Positions 1-11,136 of a stretch of 64,000 nucleotides of DNA are shown here, piece after piece. Positions within the stretch are counted from its first letter, which is position 1; each line of letters opens with the position of its first letter. The stretch is from Candidatus Bathyarchaeota archaeon (GTDB lineage: Archaea > Thermoproteota > Bathyarchaeia > Bathyarchaeales > Bathycorpusculaceae). A program made the position numbers and the translations under genes. Where the stretch lies: the NCBI GenBank assembly GCA_963702095.1, contig OY969706.1, positions 1,600,001-1,664,000 on the forward strand, given 5' to 3'. The notes under the pieces are model-generated. The model was given only the letters and a program-made list of their open reading frames with translations. It was not told the origin of the DNA and searched no databases.

Positions 1-1752
1 AACGCCAGTGTCGCTAAGGGAGATGCAAGCTGTCTTGTCTTCTTTGGTTGCCTCAATCGTTAATTTGCCTCCCTTCGGCATAGCTTGGATAGCGTTGGTT
101 ACCAAGTTAGTTATGATTCGTCTGAGAAAAGTCGGGTCAGTTGTTAGGGTCAAATCCTTTTTAGGCATTTGGAAGGTTATGTTGGGCGGTATTTTTCTGC
201 CGCTTAGGGCACTATTTACAGTGTCCTTTACACTAACTGAGGACATTGTCGGTTTTAGAGTTCTTGTATAATCTTGGAGGTCGCTGACAATCTTGTTAAT
301 ATACGCGATGTTTTCTTCTATGGCAGCAATGCTTTCGGCTATTTCGGGGCTAATACATGTGGGGTTAGTCTTGATTTCCTGTTCAATCAAGTATAGATCG
401 CTTGTTATAGCTTGCAAGGGATTGCGTATGTCATGACCCACCATTCCCGCGGTTTGGCCGATAGCCGCTAAACGTTCAGACTCTCGAAGTTGCTTTGTGC
501 GTTCATCAACGATTCTTTCAAGGTCTTTAGTGTAGAGTTCGAGTTGTCTTTGCAGTTCTTTCTGCTTCGATATGTCCTCAAATAAGACGACAGCATATCC
601 CTTCTCAGGACTGTACCCTGACATTCTAAACCACCTGTCGAGACCTGCCATGTAGTTTTCGATTCTTGCAGGTTCCCGTTTAAGGGCAATTTTGCCAAGA
701 ATATTTATCCAGTCAACGGGGTCCTTCTCGATTCCAACAATTATCTCTGTCAAACGCTTCCCTAAAATATCCGCCTTTCGTAGGTCCGTATTTGATTCGA
801 AGGCATTATTGACTTCTAGAAAGATCGCGTCAACGGCATGGTCATACTTGTCAGCGACGACTCTTAAGTAGGCAACGCCACTCAACATGTTAGCAAATAA
901 GACGGCAAACTGGTCGCGGCTGTTGCCGAAGGTTTCGAACCATCTTTCAGGAAAATCAGCCCCGGCAAATACCTGCTGCCTAAGCGTTAAAAGGGCAATG
1001 ATAAAAAACACACCCCCTAAATAATCGGAAATTCGTCCAACCCACTGTAAGGCATCGCCTAACTGGGTTGAATTGTAAGAAACGAAAAGGTCCAATGCAA
1101 ATAGGGCTAAAGCTAAAGAATACCAGTAAAGCGCACGTGTCCTTGTGCGCAAATATTGATAGCCAAAAACGATGCTTGCTAAAACAAAAAACAGAAATGA
1201 TAAACCGACGACAAACTGGCGCAAATCCGTTGTGCCGCCGTCAGCCGTAACAAATGGCGGAGTTACGCCTGCTACGGCCAACGCAGTTACTAACGCAATA
1301 GAACCGATTGATAACAGCAAAATCAACCCGATGATAAGTCCTCTGTTCGAAAGAACTTTGGAAGCAGGAGACGCCGCGGAAAGGTAAACCGCCCCAAAAG
1401 CCTGCATAATCGAGGAAACCAGAAAACCCACATTGAAGATTGTAAAGTTAGCGTTGGTTGATATGCCTGAAACCCAGCCTGACAAGAAAGCCGCTAAACC
1501 ACTTGCTACCAATGCACCGCTCAATAGGGCAAAACTAATTTGTCCAAATCTCAAAAAGCTTCTAACTGCGACGACGGCAACAAAAATGTTAGTTGCTGAA
1601 ATGAAAATGGCGTTGAGGACTAAGCGGAGGTAGGGCGGGTTGAAAGCGCCCTGTCCAGTGTAACCAGTTGCAATCAAAAGCAAAATCACAACTATTAAAC
1701 CAATGAAAATTATTAAGCCTGCGTTGCGAACGATTCTAGTCTGCTTAGACAC
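1..1752 (-). CDS. Membrane-bound PAS-domain sensor histidine kinase (3' end runs off window)
   Basis: Manually translated continuous minus-strand ORF from GTG 1752: multi-TM N-terminus, PAS-like region, H-box ERLAAIGQTAGMVGHDIRNPL, N-box NLVTNAIQAM, start of G1 box DTGV. Absent from ORF track because truncated. Confidence 0.9.
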   Translation of the reverse strand, partial: MSKQTRIVRNAGLIIFIGLIVVILLLIATGYTGQGAFNPPYLRLVLNAIFISATNIFVAVVAVRSFLRFGQISFALLSGALVASGLAAFLSGWVSGISTNANFTIFNVGFLVSSIMQAFGAVYLSAASPASKVLSNRGLIIGLILLLSIGSIALVTALAVAGVTPPFVTADGGTTDLRQFVVGLSFLFFVLASIVFGYQYLRTRTRALYWYSLALALFALDLFVSYNSTQLGDALQWVGRISDYLGGVFFIIALLTLRQQVFAGADFPERWFETFGNSRDQFAVLFANMLSGVAYLRVVADKYDHAVDAIFLEVNNAFESNTDLRKADILGKRLTEIIVGIEKDPVDWINILGKIALKREPARIENYMAGLDRWFRMSGYSPEKGYAVVLFEDISKQKELQRQLELYTKDLERIVDERTKQLRESERLAAIGQTAGMVGHDIRNPLQAITSDLYLIEQEIKTNPTCISPEIAESIAAIEENIAYINKIVSDLQDYTRTLKPTMSSVSVKDTVNSALSGRKIPPNITFQMPKKDLTLTTDPTFLRRIITNLVTNAIQAMPKGGKLTIEATKEDKTACISLSDTGV

Positions 1753-2098
1753 TGAAACACCTAAAAAACAGCTAAGTACCAATTCACTGGAACCAATAAA
1801 AGCGTTATCAGTGCCGTCTTCCTCAGCGGGCTGACTCCGCTATTTGCCAATGTCAAATTCTGCTCAATAGGGATTTTAATCAGGCTTTCTAGGCACTTAG
1901 CCATCGTAAAAACGTTTTAATACAAAGCAGGCTCTCAAAAACATAGGAAAAAACCCCTTTTTAGAAAAACAGCATAGTTAAGCTAAGATTTAACGCTAAA
2001 AGAGGCAAAATTACTATGTCCTTTTCAGACCGAAAAAATTGAGGCTAAACAAACAATTGGAAACAAAAAATGAATACCAAAAAATCTTCAGAAGCCGG

Positions 2099-3002
2099 AT
2101 GGAACGAGTTAAGTATTTTATGGATTTAACGGTCGTTAAGCCCTGCCATAAAGTTAACTTGAAAGATTGCAAAACTGGTTGGGCACAAAACGAAGAAGCA
2201 AAATTGATGGGCAAAGGCGAACTTAAAGATAGAGCAAACAGGCTTCTGCAGGAAAACCAGCAACAGACTAGCTGAAGCACAGGAACTCCTCTATGCCAGC
2301 CACACCTACGCCTTGCTGGTGATTCTGCAGGGCATGGATGCAGCAGGAAAAGACAGCACAATAAAGCATGTGATGTCAGGAGTTAATCCCCAAGGGTGCA
2401 GAGTCACCAGTTTCAAGCAACCCTCAAGCACCGAGCTTGACCATGATTTCCTTTGGCGACAATGTGTCGCGCTGCCTGAGAAAGGCATGATTGGCATATT
2501 CAACAGATCCTATTACGAAGAGGTCTTAGTGGTTAGAGTACATCCAGACCTTTTGGATAGGCAGAGGTTGCCGCCGGGGAACCGAGGAGAAAAGTTTTGG
2601 CAACAACGATACCAAGACATCGCATCCTTCGAACGCCATCTTGCACGCAACGGAACCGTCCTCCTAAAGTTTTTCCTAAACGTTTCCAACGAGGAGCAGA
2701 AAAAACGTTTCTTAGAACGCCTCGATACACCCCAGAAAAACTGGAAGTTCTCGGCTGCAGACCTAAAGGAACGCGATTATTGGGAACAGTATAGGGGGGC
2801 TTACGAGGATATGCTGAGTAATACAAGCACCAAGTGGGCGCCATGGTACATTGTCCCCGCGGATTACAAGTGGCTAGCGCGTTCCCTTATCGCTGACATA
2901 ATTACATCGAGCATCCTCTGCTTAGACCTCAAATATCCAGAGGTAAACAAGCAGCAGCTAGAGGGGCTTAAGGCAGCTAAGATGAAACTTGAATCCGAAT
3001 AA
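2099..3002 (+). CDS. ppk2: Polyphosphate kinase 2 family protein (frameshift near 2267)
   Basis: QGMDAAGKD Walker A, FNRSYYEEVL, KNWKFS motifs. The N-terminal ORF joins via a one-base shift (LAEAQELLYA in the second frame). Confidence 0.9.
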
Positions 3003-3004
3003 CC

Positions 3005-4182
3005 TCAGGATGCCTTCCTAAAAGCTAAAAGCAAGGGTACAGTCGCCGCTGCTACTCCAGCAGAAAACAAAAACGCCAACCCCACAAACCCAGCGGCTAA
3101 CCCAACCGAAAACAGGGTAGTAGCCAAAACAGGCGCGATGCTCTGTGCTAACCCCGCGATTGCCAGGCCACACCCAAAGTGCCCCCCTGAGCAGCCTCCG
3201 AAGCGCTAACAGAAATCAAGGTGTTATAAGTTACGAATTGTATGCCAAAGCCGAATGAGGATATTGCTGTGACGACTAATAGAACCTCAAGGTTGGCAAC
3301 AAAGGACAGGACGGCGAGGCCAAAAATGAAGGCGACTACGCCTAAAAGAACCAACGTTTGCCTGTCGAAGCGTTTGCCAAGCGGCGGCAGCAAAACAGCC
3401 TGAGTGAAAACGCTCACCGCACCGATGAAAAAGAAAACTAAACCCGTTTGCAGTGAGCCAAAATTGAAAACAGCTTCCAGCCAAGGAGAAAGTGCGGATT
3501 GCAGAAAGACGAAGGATACAAAAAAAAGGAAATATACCGCAAGTAAAAGAACCATTTTTCTGCCTCTGATAGTGTCTAAGAGGGCTCTAAAAGAGAGAGT
3601 AACCCGTTTAACGTTGAAGCTGGCGGGTTCAGGCAACAGAAAAAACGCTGAAACAAGATTTCCTAACGCCAGCGCAGACGCCAAAAACGATGGCACCCCA
3701 TAGCCCAAGAAGGTGCTTAGTGTTCCGCCAATGGCAGGACCAAAAATAAACGCTAACCCCGCCGCTGCACCCAGCAACCCCAGATATTTTAGCCGCTGCT
3801 CTTTGGTGGTTACGTCGGCGACGTAGGCTTGGGCAACCGGAACCGTGGCAGCGGTGGTTCCAGAGAGCATCCTCCCCAAGAAAAGCATCCAAAGTGCCTG
3901 AGCTGCGCCAAAAAGTAAGTAGCTGAAACTTGACACGGCCAAGGCAGCTAAGAGGATTTTTCTTCGTCCATAGCGGTCGCTTAATCGGGCAACGAGGGGA
4001 GTAAAAACAAACGACATTAAACTGTAAGATGCCAGAAGCACGCCGTATAACAGGGTGCTGCCGCCCAATGATTGAACGTAGAAGTAGAGGTAGGGAACAA
4101 CTATGGCGAAGCCTAAGTTATCGAGGAAAACCACGGAGAAAAGCACGCTAAAGGTGGACCGCTCAGGGTTGGTGTTTACCAA
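3005..4182 (-). CDS. MFS transporter, TetA/DHA1-like (frameshift near 3160)
   Basis: Motif A LSDRYGRRKILL, GFIFGPAIGG-like motif C. True start likely TTG 4182; last TM helices continue in another frame to TGA 3005-3007. Confidence 0.88.
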
Positions 4183-4304
4183 AATTTCACTAAGAAGGTA
4201 GTGTTGACAGGGCAAATAAGCGTTTTTAACTAGAAATGCACCTTGACAGTAATCAAAATAATTGTTTTTTGGGGTTGCTGGCGGCGGGTATGTTTGTTTA
4301 GCCC

Positions 4305-4550
4305 TGCTTGTGCCCGATTGCATTGCGCTGTCGTTGCCGTTCACTGCTTTGACGCTAAAAAAGTAGTCGATACATGCTTTCACACACATCCAGTGCGCCT
4401 CTCCATGGAGCCATGTACCGCGTGTGGAGAAAAACGCTTTTTCCACACCGAAACAGACAAAGAAAAACAATGCAACCAAAAAAAGCAACCGCCTCCAGTT
4501 ACAGTCTTGTGGCACCCCACAAACCACCACACCCACATAAAGAGAGAAAA
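4305..4550 (-). repeat. Dispersed repeat family A, copy 1 (diverged)
   Basis: Aligns by eye to 28842-29071 (e.g. gtgcccg..tg.attgcgctg, gatacatg..ttcacacaca, catggagccatg, gtcttgtgg..ccccacaaa). Confidence 0.85.
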
Positions 4551-4646
4551 AACAACCAGCAAAAAACCTGTTAAGGCTGAGGTTGGCATTGTTTGTTATT
4601 GATACGGCACAGTCACGCACACTAATACACGCGTTTCGAGGCTATT

Positions 4647-4871
4647 GTGTGGGTGAAAAATATGCAAACCACAAGTTTTAACGACAAACAGGGGATGGAA
4701 ATCTGCGAAAACGTTGGGCGCGTCTTAGTAGACGAACTTGACACAGAAAATGTTTGGAACAAAGTGGAAGAAAGCCTCAGCCAATACCTGAAAAGCAACA
4801 ACATTGCTGAAAACGCGACTGAATTAACCGATAAACTTGAATGGTCAGTTAAAGTTAGGCTAAAGAAGTAG
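4647..4871 (+). CDS. Small hypothetical protein
   Basis: 74-aa ORF with globular composition, followed by T-rich tract; start may be the downstream ATG (MQTT). Confidence 0.6.
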   Translation: MWVKNMQTTSFNDKQGMEICENVGRVLVDELDTENVWNKVEESLSQYLKSNNIAENATELTDKLEWSVKVRLKK

Positions 4872-4895
4872 CCTATTTTTTCTAGTTTTTTGGGG

Positions 4896-5069
4896 GTGAA
4901 CGTTTTTTCAGAAGCTAAAGATGTAGGCAAATTTACGGTTGAACAGAAGAAAAAGAAACGGGAGATATTCGAGGAGAATGGTCACCGAGTTGAGGTTCCG
5001 CCTGATGTTGGAGATGAGGAGAAGAAGGCGCTGGAACAAACAGGCGATGACGCGACTCAAGGATGGTAA
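4896..5069 (+). CDS. Small charged hypothetical protein (57 aa, below ORF-track cutoff)
   Basis: Manual translation VNVFSEAKDVGKFTVEQKKKKREIFEENGHRVEVPPDVGDEEKKALEQTGDDATQGW, followed by T tract; start uncertain. Confidence 0.4.
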   Translation: MNVFSEAKDVGKFTVEQKKKKREIFEENGHRVEVPPDVGDEEKKALEQTGDDATQGW

Positions 5070-5170
5070 TTTTCCTATTTTTGAAGCATTTTTGTACCAA
5101 AATTTTAGTAATTAGGGTTGAAACAATAAATCTTTTATTCAGAACTTGAATATTAATTTGAGGATAAATC

Positions 5171-5428
5171 TTGGAAGAAGAGATAATCGAAATCGGCTGC
5201 ATAAAAAACTATTTTTCTAAAATCAACGTAGCAGTAGTCGAATTGATGCTTCCACTATCTGTGGGAGACCGCATTCAAATCAAAGGACCCTTCACCGATT
5301 TTGATCAAATAGTTCATTCCATGCAGATCGACCATAAAGATATCCAACGCGCCGAAGGCGGCCAAAGCGTCGGCTTAAAAATAACACAGCATGCACACGA
5401 AAAAGACGTGGTCTACAAGAAGCTTTAG
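5171..5428 (+). CDS. Translation elongation factor-like beta-barrel protein (U32 C-terminal-domain-like)
   Basis: IG.IKNYFSKINVAVVEL...LSVGD.I.IKG..TDF.Q.V.SMQIDH..I..A..GQSVGLK pattern. Confidence 0.8.
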   Translation: MEEEIIEIGCIKNYFSKINVAVVELMLPLSVGDRIQIKGPFTDFDQIVHSMQIDHKDIQRAEGGQSVGLKITQHAHEKDVVYKKL

Positions 5429-5444
5429 CTGTAGATCAAATTTC

Positions 5445-5595
5445 GGGTTGTTTGTTTTTCTATTGTTAGTTGAAGGCAGGGGTGCCCTTTGCTCATCTTC
5501 TTCTTGGGGGCTTTGTGGGCGTTTGTGTTTTGGTTTCTGCGTTTGCTCTGGGTTGCAGGGTGGTTGTGGAGCAAACCACAAGCAGAACAGCAAAA
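5445..5595. repeat. Dispersed repeat family B, copy 1
   Basis: Shares gtttttcta / gccctt..ctca..ttc / gggcttt / acaagcaga blocks with 11137-11278 and 22625-22770. Confidence 0.75.
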
Positions 5596-5598
5596 CGG

Positions 5599-6729
5599 TT
5601 AGGGAATTATTTCGGCTCCATTGTATTTGACGTAGTCGAAGTCGGCGAGTTTGATTTTCCCGCTTTTTATTAGCCGCTGTATCGTTGGCGTCTGCCGCTT
5701 TACTGATTCGATAAGTTGCAAAACGGTGTAGCATACTCTGCTGTAGGCTTCGTCTGTCCACCGCTTGGTTATGTTGGTGTAGAGGCAGCGTCCTCCGCAG
5801 AGACCTAAGATCGTGCATTCGCTACAGGGTTTCTCCTCCACAAACCGTTTAGGCAGCCGCATGGGATCAGCGTCTTTTATATTGCCCATATAATAGGCTT
5901 TCATTCCCCACATGGTCGGGCAAGGAATGATGTAGCCGTCGGTTTGGATGGCATAGTTGATCCAGCCGCCGCCACACCGCATCAGACAATCCGCTTCGCC
6001 ATGCAGAAGCGAATATGCGATGCCCAGCAACGGGTAGAGTTTTAGAATTATACCCTTGTCTTCCATTTGGTCCACCCAGAACTTGGCTAAAGCGTCGACG
6101 CCGGGGATGTAGCTGGTTTTGCTCCACTCGTCAAAGTTGCGGCGTTGGTAATCGTTGCCCCAGAACCCAGCGTTTAGTTGCCAATGAACCGAAGAAAAAG
6201 AGAATTCATCGTTGCACAGTAGCCATTTTACTTGTTTCTCTATGTCTGTTTGTTCCATGACGGTCATGCGTGCGATGAGTTCGCCTTGGAACCCGTTTTG
6301 CCGGATGTGTGTGAGGTTGTTGATGACTTTGCGGAAGGTGCTTTTGCCGCGGTAGTGGTCGGTGAGGTTTTCGTCGCCGTCTAAGGAGACTAGGATTGTG
6401 TGGAAACGGTTGACGTATTTGGGTTCGAGTCTATCGAGTAGTAAACCGTTGGTTTGAATCATGTAGTGTTTAGGCGTGATTCTATCCATGATTTGCCGCA
6501 GCTTATCCATCTGCATGAGGGGTTCGCCGCCGTAGAAGGTTAAAACGCAGTCGGGGTCTTTGCGGCAAAACTTGTCCAGCAAACGCAGGTCGTAGTTGAG
6601 GTTGCGGGGCAGATTATAGTCGACTTCGATGTCGCCGCCGAATTCCTCGTCGAAGTCATCAAGGCTCTCGCCGAAGCAGTACTTGCACTGGAGGTTGCAG
6701 TTGCTGGTGAGGATCACATGGAAGAACAT
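5599..6729 (-). CDS. Radical SAM/SPASM protein (AF0577/TIGR04084-like, putative peptide-modifying)
   Basis: CNLQCKYC, FYGGEPL, SPASM CGGG...G.IIPCP...CSECTILGLCGGRCLY. Confidence 0.85.
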   Translation of the reverse strand: MFFHVILTSNCNLQCKYCFGESLDDFDEEFGGDIEVDYNLPRNLNYDLRLLDKFCRKDPDCVLTFYGGEPLMQMDKLRQIMDRITPKHYMIQTNGLLLDRLEPKYVNRFHTILVSLDGDENLTDHYRGKSTFRKVINNLTHIRQNGFQGELIARMTVMEQTDIEKQVKWLLCNDEFSFSSVHWQLNAGFWGNDYQRRNFDEWSKTSYIPGVDALAKFWVDQMEDKGIILKLYPLLGIAYSLLHGEADCLMRCGGGWINYAIQTDGYIIPCPTMWGMKAYYMGNIKDADPMRLPKRFVEEKPCSECTILGLCGGRCLYTNITKRWTDEAYSRVCYTVLQLIESVKRQTPTIQRLIKSGKIKLADFDYVKYNGAEIIP

Positions 6730-6827
6730 AGCTTATCCATAGATTACGGCCTGCTTAATAGTATTATTGCCAACGAATTAGTGTATAAAAGAATACAAAA
6801 ACTTAACCGCTTGGAGGTGCAATTGGT

Positions 6828-6926
6828 TTGAGCAGAATGACAGACGAGACAATACCCTACCTTGAGCAGTTGTATTCAAGCACTTTCATTGGATGTCGTA
6901 CATTCCTTCTCTACTATGGTCTGTAA
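6828..6926 (+). CDS. Candidate 32-aa peptide
   Basis: GGAGGTG at 6813-6819, 8 nt before TTG; TATAAAA at about 6784; MSRMTDETIPYLEQLYSSTFIGCRTFLLYYGL. Confidence 0.35.
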   Translation: MSRMTDETIPYLEQLYSSTFIGCRTFLLYYGL

Positions 6927-7864
6927 CCGTTCAAAGTCGTCAACGCTAACGCCGCCGCGGTGATGTCTGCAGTGGTTCCGGGGTTATAATCGTTGCCCGC
7001 TTTACGCAGCTTCTTATCAAAAGCAATCAGGGCTTCTTTGCCCCTGGCGGTTTCGGCGCCGCCATAGTCGAGGATTTGCTGGGCGCCCTCAGAGACTTCG
7101 TTGGCTTTTTGTCGACCGATTTTTCGGGCGATAAAAGTGTCAGGGTTCCTGGCGAGAACGTTGAGGAACGTGTTAACAATAGCTGTGTTATGGTCTTTAC
7201 GTTTGAGTTCTGTGGCTAAGTATGGGTAGGCTAAGTCGAAGGTTATTGGGTAATTGTTTATCCATTCACTACAGATGTCATCGTAGCTCGAAGCGATCTC
7301 AAAAACCTGGCGCAACGTAACGTTTTCTGTGATTAGGCGGGCTTTGGAGTTTTGGTCTTTGACGTTTAAGTCAGGTGCACCGTTGAGTCCACTGGGTTTC
7401 GCAATATCTATGGCTTCGTATACTGCCACGGAATCCAAAGCGGTAGATGCCTTGATTACTTTGTCAATATTTTTGCGGAAAACCGCGAAGTCAAGCGTAT
7501 ATTTTTCGTCGGTCGGCGTCATGCCAGCCGCGACCGCCATCGGAGCAAACAGCATGATGGTGCCAAGCAGGGTGTTGCCGCCACGCTGCCACTCGTCGAT
7601 GTCTTTGATGCCCAACCGTATAAGCTCGCCTAATTCCGCGTTGGCGAGGCCGCGTTTGCCCTGGGCGATTTCGATGCCGCGGTAAGCCGCCTCCTGAAAA
7701 GATGGCCCTGCGGCGATGGAGGAGGCCAAAAAGTGTTCGGCTCTGGTGCCTTCAAAGTCTATGACTAAGTTTACGTTGCCTGGTTTGTCGGCGCTGACTT
7801 CTAGGATGATGGCTAATTGTAGGCATCTGCTGATGTGTTGAGCTTTTTCGCAGTTGATTGCCAA
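6914..7864 (-). CDS. citG: Triphosphoribosyl-dephospho-CoA synthase-like protein (archaeal CitG family)
   Basis: LEV...KPGNV, NTLLG, PDTFIARK, NPGTTAD motifs. Confidence 0.85.
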   Translation of the reverse strand: MAINCEKAQHISRCLQLAIILEVSADKPGNVNLVIDFEGTRAEHFLASSIAAGPSFQEAAYRGIEIAQGKRGLANAELGELIRLGIKDIDEWQRGGNTLLGTIMLFAPMAVAAGMTPTDEKYTLDFAVFRKNIDKVIKASTALDSVAVYEAIDIAKPSGLNGAPDLNVKDQNSKARLITENVTLRQVFEIASSYDDICSEWINNYPITFDLAYPYLATELKRKDHNTAIVNTFLNVLARNPDTFIARKIGRQKANEVSEGAQQILDYGGAETARGKEALIAFDKKLRKAGNDYNPGTTADITAAALALTTLNGYRP

Positions 7865-7958
7865 TTTTGATGCACCGTTCTATTACGGTTCAAAAAAAGC
7901 CTTATTAACGTTATGTAAAAAATTACACACAAGTGCAGCAGTATACAACCGTGATGCT

Positions 7959-8972
7959 ATGAAGGCGCGTGAAGGAGACTTAATCAAAACCAAGAGCAAC
8001 GTGGTTTTCGACGTTAAAGGGTTAGTTCATCCGCCGCAGAAAATCATCGCGTTCCCCCGTTACATACCTACGCCGAATGGCCAAGAAAAAACCAAAGCGT
8101 CACATACGGCAAAGTCTACAGTTTAGGCGACCGCTTTCGGTACCTCCAACAAAACCACCCTGACCTCATCGTAGACGACCCCGTTTTCGGTGAAACCCTC
8201 TGCGAAGTCCCAACCAACCAAATCATAGAAATCCTTCAGCCCACAGAGAAGCTTGCAGAGTTCCGCAAAGCCAAAACCCTCTCGCCGCTGGAAGAAAAAG
8301 CCCTCCGCTTAGCAGAGCGCCTCAAAGAGAAGGCGGGTATCCCGTGGAGCAGCATCGGCATCTCAGGTTCCATCATGGCAGGCTTAACCACAGCCGCCTC
8401 AGACATTGACCCGCTTGTCTACGGCATAGAAAACAGCCGCAAAGCCTACGCTGCATTGGAGGAGTTGCGCAAAGAAGACGATTCAGGCTTCAAAGCCTAC
8501 ACGCAGGCGGAGCTAAGAACGCTCTATGATTTCCGCTCAAAAGACACGCAGATGAGTTTTGAGGATTTTTTGGCAGCGGAGAGTCGCAAAGCGTTTCAGG
8601 GCATGTTTATGGGCACAGACTACTTTGTCCGCTTCGTCAAAGACTGGACTGAAACCGCCCAAGAGTACGGCGACGTAACCTACCGGAACAGCGGCTACTG
8701 CAAAATCCTCACCAAAATCGTTGACACAGAAGACGCCCTGTTTACGCCCTGCACCTACAAAGTCGGCAGTGTTGTGACGCTTCAGGGGCCAGCAGCTCTC
8801 GTCGATTGAGGAAATTGTTTCTTTCCGCGGCAGATTCTGCCTCCAAGCTGCAGTTGGCGAACGCGTCGAGGCACAGGGCAAGGTCGAGTTGGTAGTGGAT
8901 AAAAAAAGCGGCAGCGAACATTACCGCCTCATTTTAGGCAATAAACCCCAAGACTACTTGGTGCTCACTTAG
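7959..8972 (+). CDS. Pol-beta superfamily nucleotidyltransferase, COG1665-like, paralog 1 (two frameshifts, near 8082 and 8800)
   Basis: Reconstructed MKAREGDLI..FDVKGLVHP..RY; GISGSIMAG..SDIDPLVYG; C-terminal SFRGRFC..A..GERVEAQGKVE. Confidence 0.8.
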
Positions 8973-10042
8973 TGGAGTGCTTTTAGGACTTGCTCGTAGT
9001 AGCGTGGGCAATAGGTTAAGGTGACTTGATGGTAGCTGCCTTTGGGCGATTGGACCTCTTCTAAGTTGCCCTCGACGATTACGGTTTCGTCGCGCTGCAC
9101 TTGCTGGCGGAACTCCTCCATATAACTAAACACGCGGACGACTTCAAGGGCTTCTTTGGGTCCACTGAGCACTTCTAAGGGTTCGATGCCGTAGACTGAG
9201 GGAATAAACGGTCCATCATCGTCCGCTGTCACCCGTGCTTTGAGTTTTACCCAGCCCTTCTGCACAATCCGAGCTTCGGGATCATACTCGTTTACGATTT
9301 CCCCCCATGCTTTGACGGGTTCAAACTCTGCTTTGATTACTCTGCCGCTGCACTTGCGGTCGTCGTAGAGACCATAAATGTATTTTCGGCGCTGATGCCA
9401 CACAAAGTCGGGTACGGTGAAGTTTTTGAAGAGCCACCTTTTGCCTTTCATGGCGTCTTGGGAGGCGAACTCGTTGCTAAGCCCTGATGTTGGGTCAGAG
9501 TAGAGTTGCTTGTTTGTTTCGACGATTTTGCGGTTTTCTTCTTTGCCGTAGATAGTGAAGTCGATGTCAGAGTATTTGGGGTGGTGGAAGCCATGCAGCA
9601 TTGAACCGAAAACCCCGAAGCTCTGCGGTGACACACCCGACTTGCCGGTGGAGATTTCGAGTACTCGTTCCATAGCCGCTAAAAGCGGGTCAGCTGGGCC
9701 TTTTTTGAGCAGTTCCTGCAACCGGGGCTGCGGCTGCCTTGCCTCAGCAATCAGGTCATGAGGAACGCCGACGATTTTTAACCCAAGCATTTGGTGGTCG
9801 ATGAGGTATTGGGGGTATTTTTTGGCGACGAGTTTCATGCCTTCGTCATTGTAGAATTTGTAGTAAAGCTCGTTTCTGCCTTCGCGGGGTGCTCTTGGGT
9901 CGGTGGAGTGGAAGATTTTTGAGCTGGCGTATTCCGCATCGCAAATGTAAGCGTTTTGTGGGTGGTTGTAGCCGAAGACTCGGAAAAGGATGCCCTCAAC
10001 GCTTTGGATGGCGTCTCGGTCGCGGAGTTTTAGGTTGGCCAT
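8969..10042 (-). CDS. Pol-beta superfamily nucleotidyltransferase, COG1665-like, paralog 2
   Basis: [16 protein letters not shown]; [18 protein letters not shown]. Confidence 0.85.
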   Translation of the reverse strand: MANLKLRDRDAIQSVEGILFRVFGYNHPQNAYICDAEYASSKIFHSTDPRAPREGRNELYYKFYNDEGMKLVAKKYPQYLIDHQMLGLKIVGVPHDLIAEARQPQPRLQELLKKGPADPLLAAMERVLEISTGKSGVSPQSFGVFGSMLHGFHHPKYSDIDFTIYGKEENRKIVETNKQLYSDPTSGLSNEFASQDAMKGKRWLFKNFTVPDFVWHQRRKYIYGLYDDRKCSGRVIKAEFEPVKAWGEIVNEYDPEARIVQKGWVKLKARVTADDDGPFIPSVYGIEPLEVLSGPKEALEVVRVFSYMEEFRQQVQRDETVIVEGNLEEVQSPKGSYHQVTLTYCPRYYEQVLKALH

Positions 10043-11079
10043 ATGTACTCTTCTTCTGAAGTGGCTGTTCCCACAACGACCTGGTAGAAGGTGCTGCCGT
10101 CTGTTGTGGATTGGGCTTTCTCTAGGGTGCCTGCGACTTTGATTTGCCCCCCGTTGCGGGCGATGTTTCGGTAGCAGCCAATGTTTGAGATGACCTGTGT
10201 GGGAATCTGTTCGAGGTCAAGTTCTGACTGTGCATCCATGGGCTTGTAATTGGTGATTCTGTAGGCGGCTGGGCGATACATGGTTTCGGTGTCGTCGCAC
10301 ACAGTTGCGGTGAAGCGCAGGGGCGCCAACGCGGTGTAGGTGTAGTCGCCGTATTTGCCCTTGATTTCCTCTGGGTTTTTGGTGGCGTTGTACATCCAGA
10401 TTTTGCCGTGGTATTTGCCGACGAATTTGCGGGCGGCTTCGATGCGGTTACCCGCGATGTAGGTTAAGGTGCCCTCATTCACCAGGATTTGGATGGTTTG
10501 TTCGACCTGACGGAAGTTGTCGGTGCCGTACACGACAAAGTCAATGTCGCTTTCAGGCGCATGCATCTCCAACGCGATAGAGCCGTGGATGCCCAAGTCG
10601 CTGTAGGCTACACCTGATTCTTTGTGGATGAGGTCGATGAGTTTGAGCGCGTGGGTTTGGAGGCTGTCGGGGCTTTTTAGGTTCTGCAGCCACACAAGCC
10701 GGTCTCTTGGCACAAACATCTGCTCAATCTTGTCTAGTGGCGCGGTTATGAGTTCTTTGCTGCGGGTTTGGTCGTAGAAGAGGTAGTTGGGGAAGTTTTT
10801 GCGGAAGGCTTCGATGAAGGTTTGGTAGTTTTTAGCTGTGTAGAGTTTTTCGGCACGGAACAACTGCGCCGTAAGCGGTTTTGATCCAAACTTCCATGTG
10901 CGCTGCAGCATTTCTACGTTGAAGAGGTCCTTGTACTTGGCTGGGATGTACTTGAGAAACGCGAACACCCTATCCTCTGGGTGCTCGTAGCCGAACGTGT
11001 TCATGATGAAGCCGTCTTCGGTGACAAAGGTGTCGCCGTCGGCTGGAACCCAAATTGTTGCGTCTTCCGTAAGTTGCAC
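10030..11079 (-). CDS. Pol-beta superfamily nucleotidyltransferase, COG1665-like, paralog 3
   Basis: ADGDTF..FGYEHP..FLKYIP; [17 protein letters not shown]; overlaps paralog 2 start. Confidence 0.85.
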   Translation of the reverse strand: MQLTEDATIWVPADGDTFVTEDGFIMNTFGYEHPEDRVFAFLKYIPAKYKDLFNVEMLQRTWKFGSKPLTAQLFRAEKLYTAKNYQTFIEAFRKNFPNYLFYDQTRSKELITAPLDKIEQMFVPRDRLVWLQNLKSPDSLQTHALKLIDLIHKESGVAYSDLGIHGSIALEMHAPESDIDFVVYGTDNFRQVEQTIQILVNEGTLTYIAGNRIEAARKFVGKYHGKIWMYNATKNPEEIKGKYGDYTYTALAPLRFTATVCDDTETMYRPAAYRITNYKPMDAQSELDLEQIPTQVISNIGCYRNIARNGGQIKVAGTLEKAQSTTDGSTFYQVVVGTATSEEEYIWPT

Positions 11080-11136
11080 CGCAAAAGTATGACTTGGCGT
11101 TCACTAAAAAAGCTATTGCAAAAGGCTTGGCAAAAG

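Noticed and set aside
8-1633. Short plus-strand ORFs at window start and many antisense ORFs elsewhere
   Set aside because: Shadow ORFs opposite or overlapping well-supported genes such as the histidine kinase.
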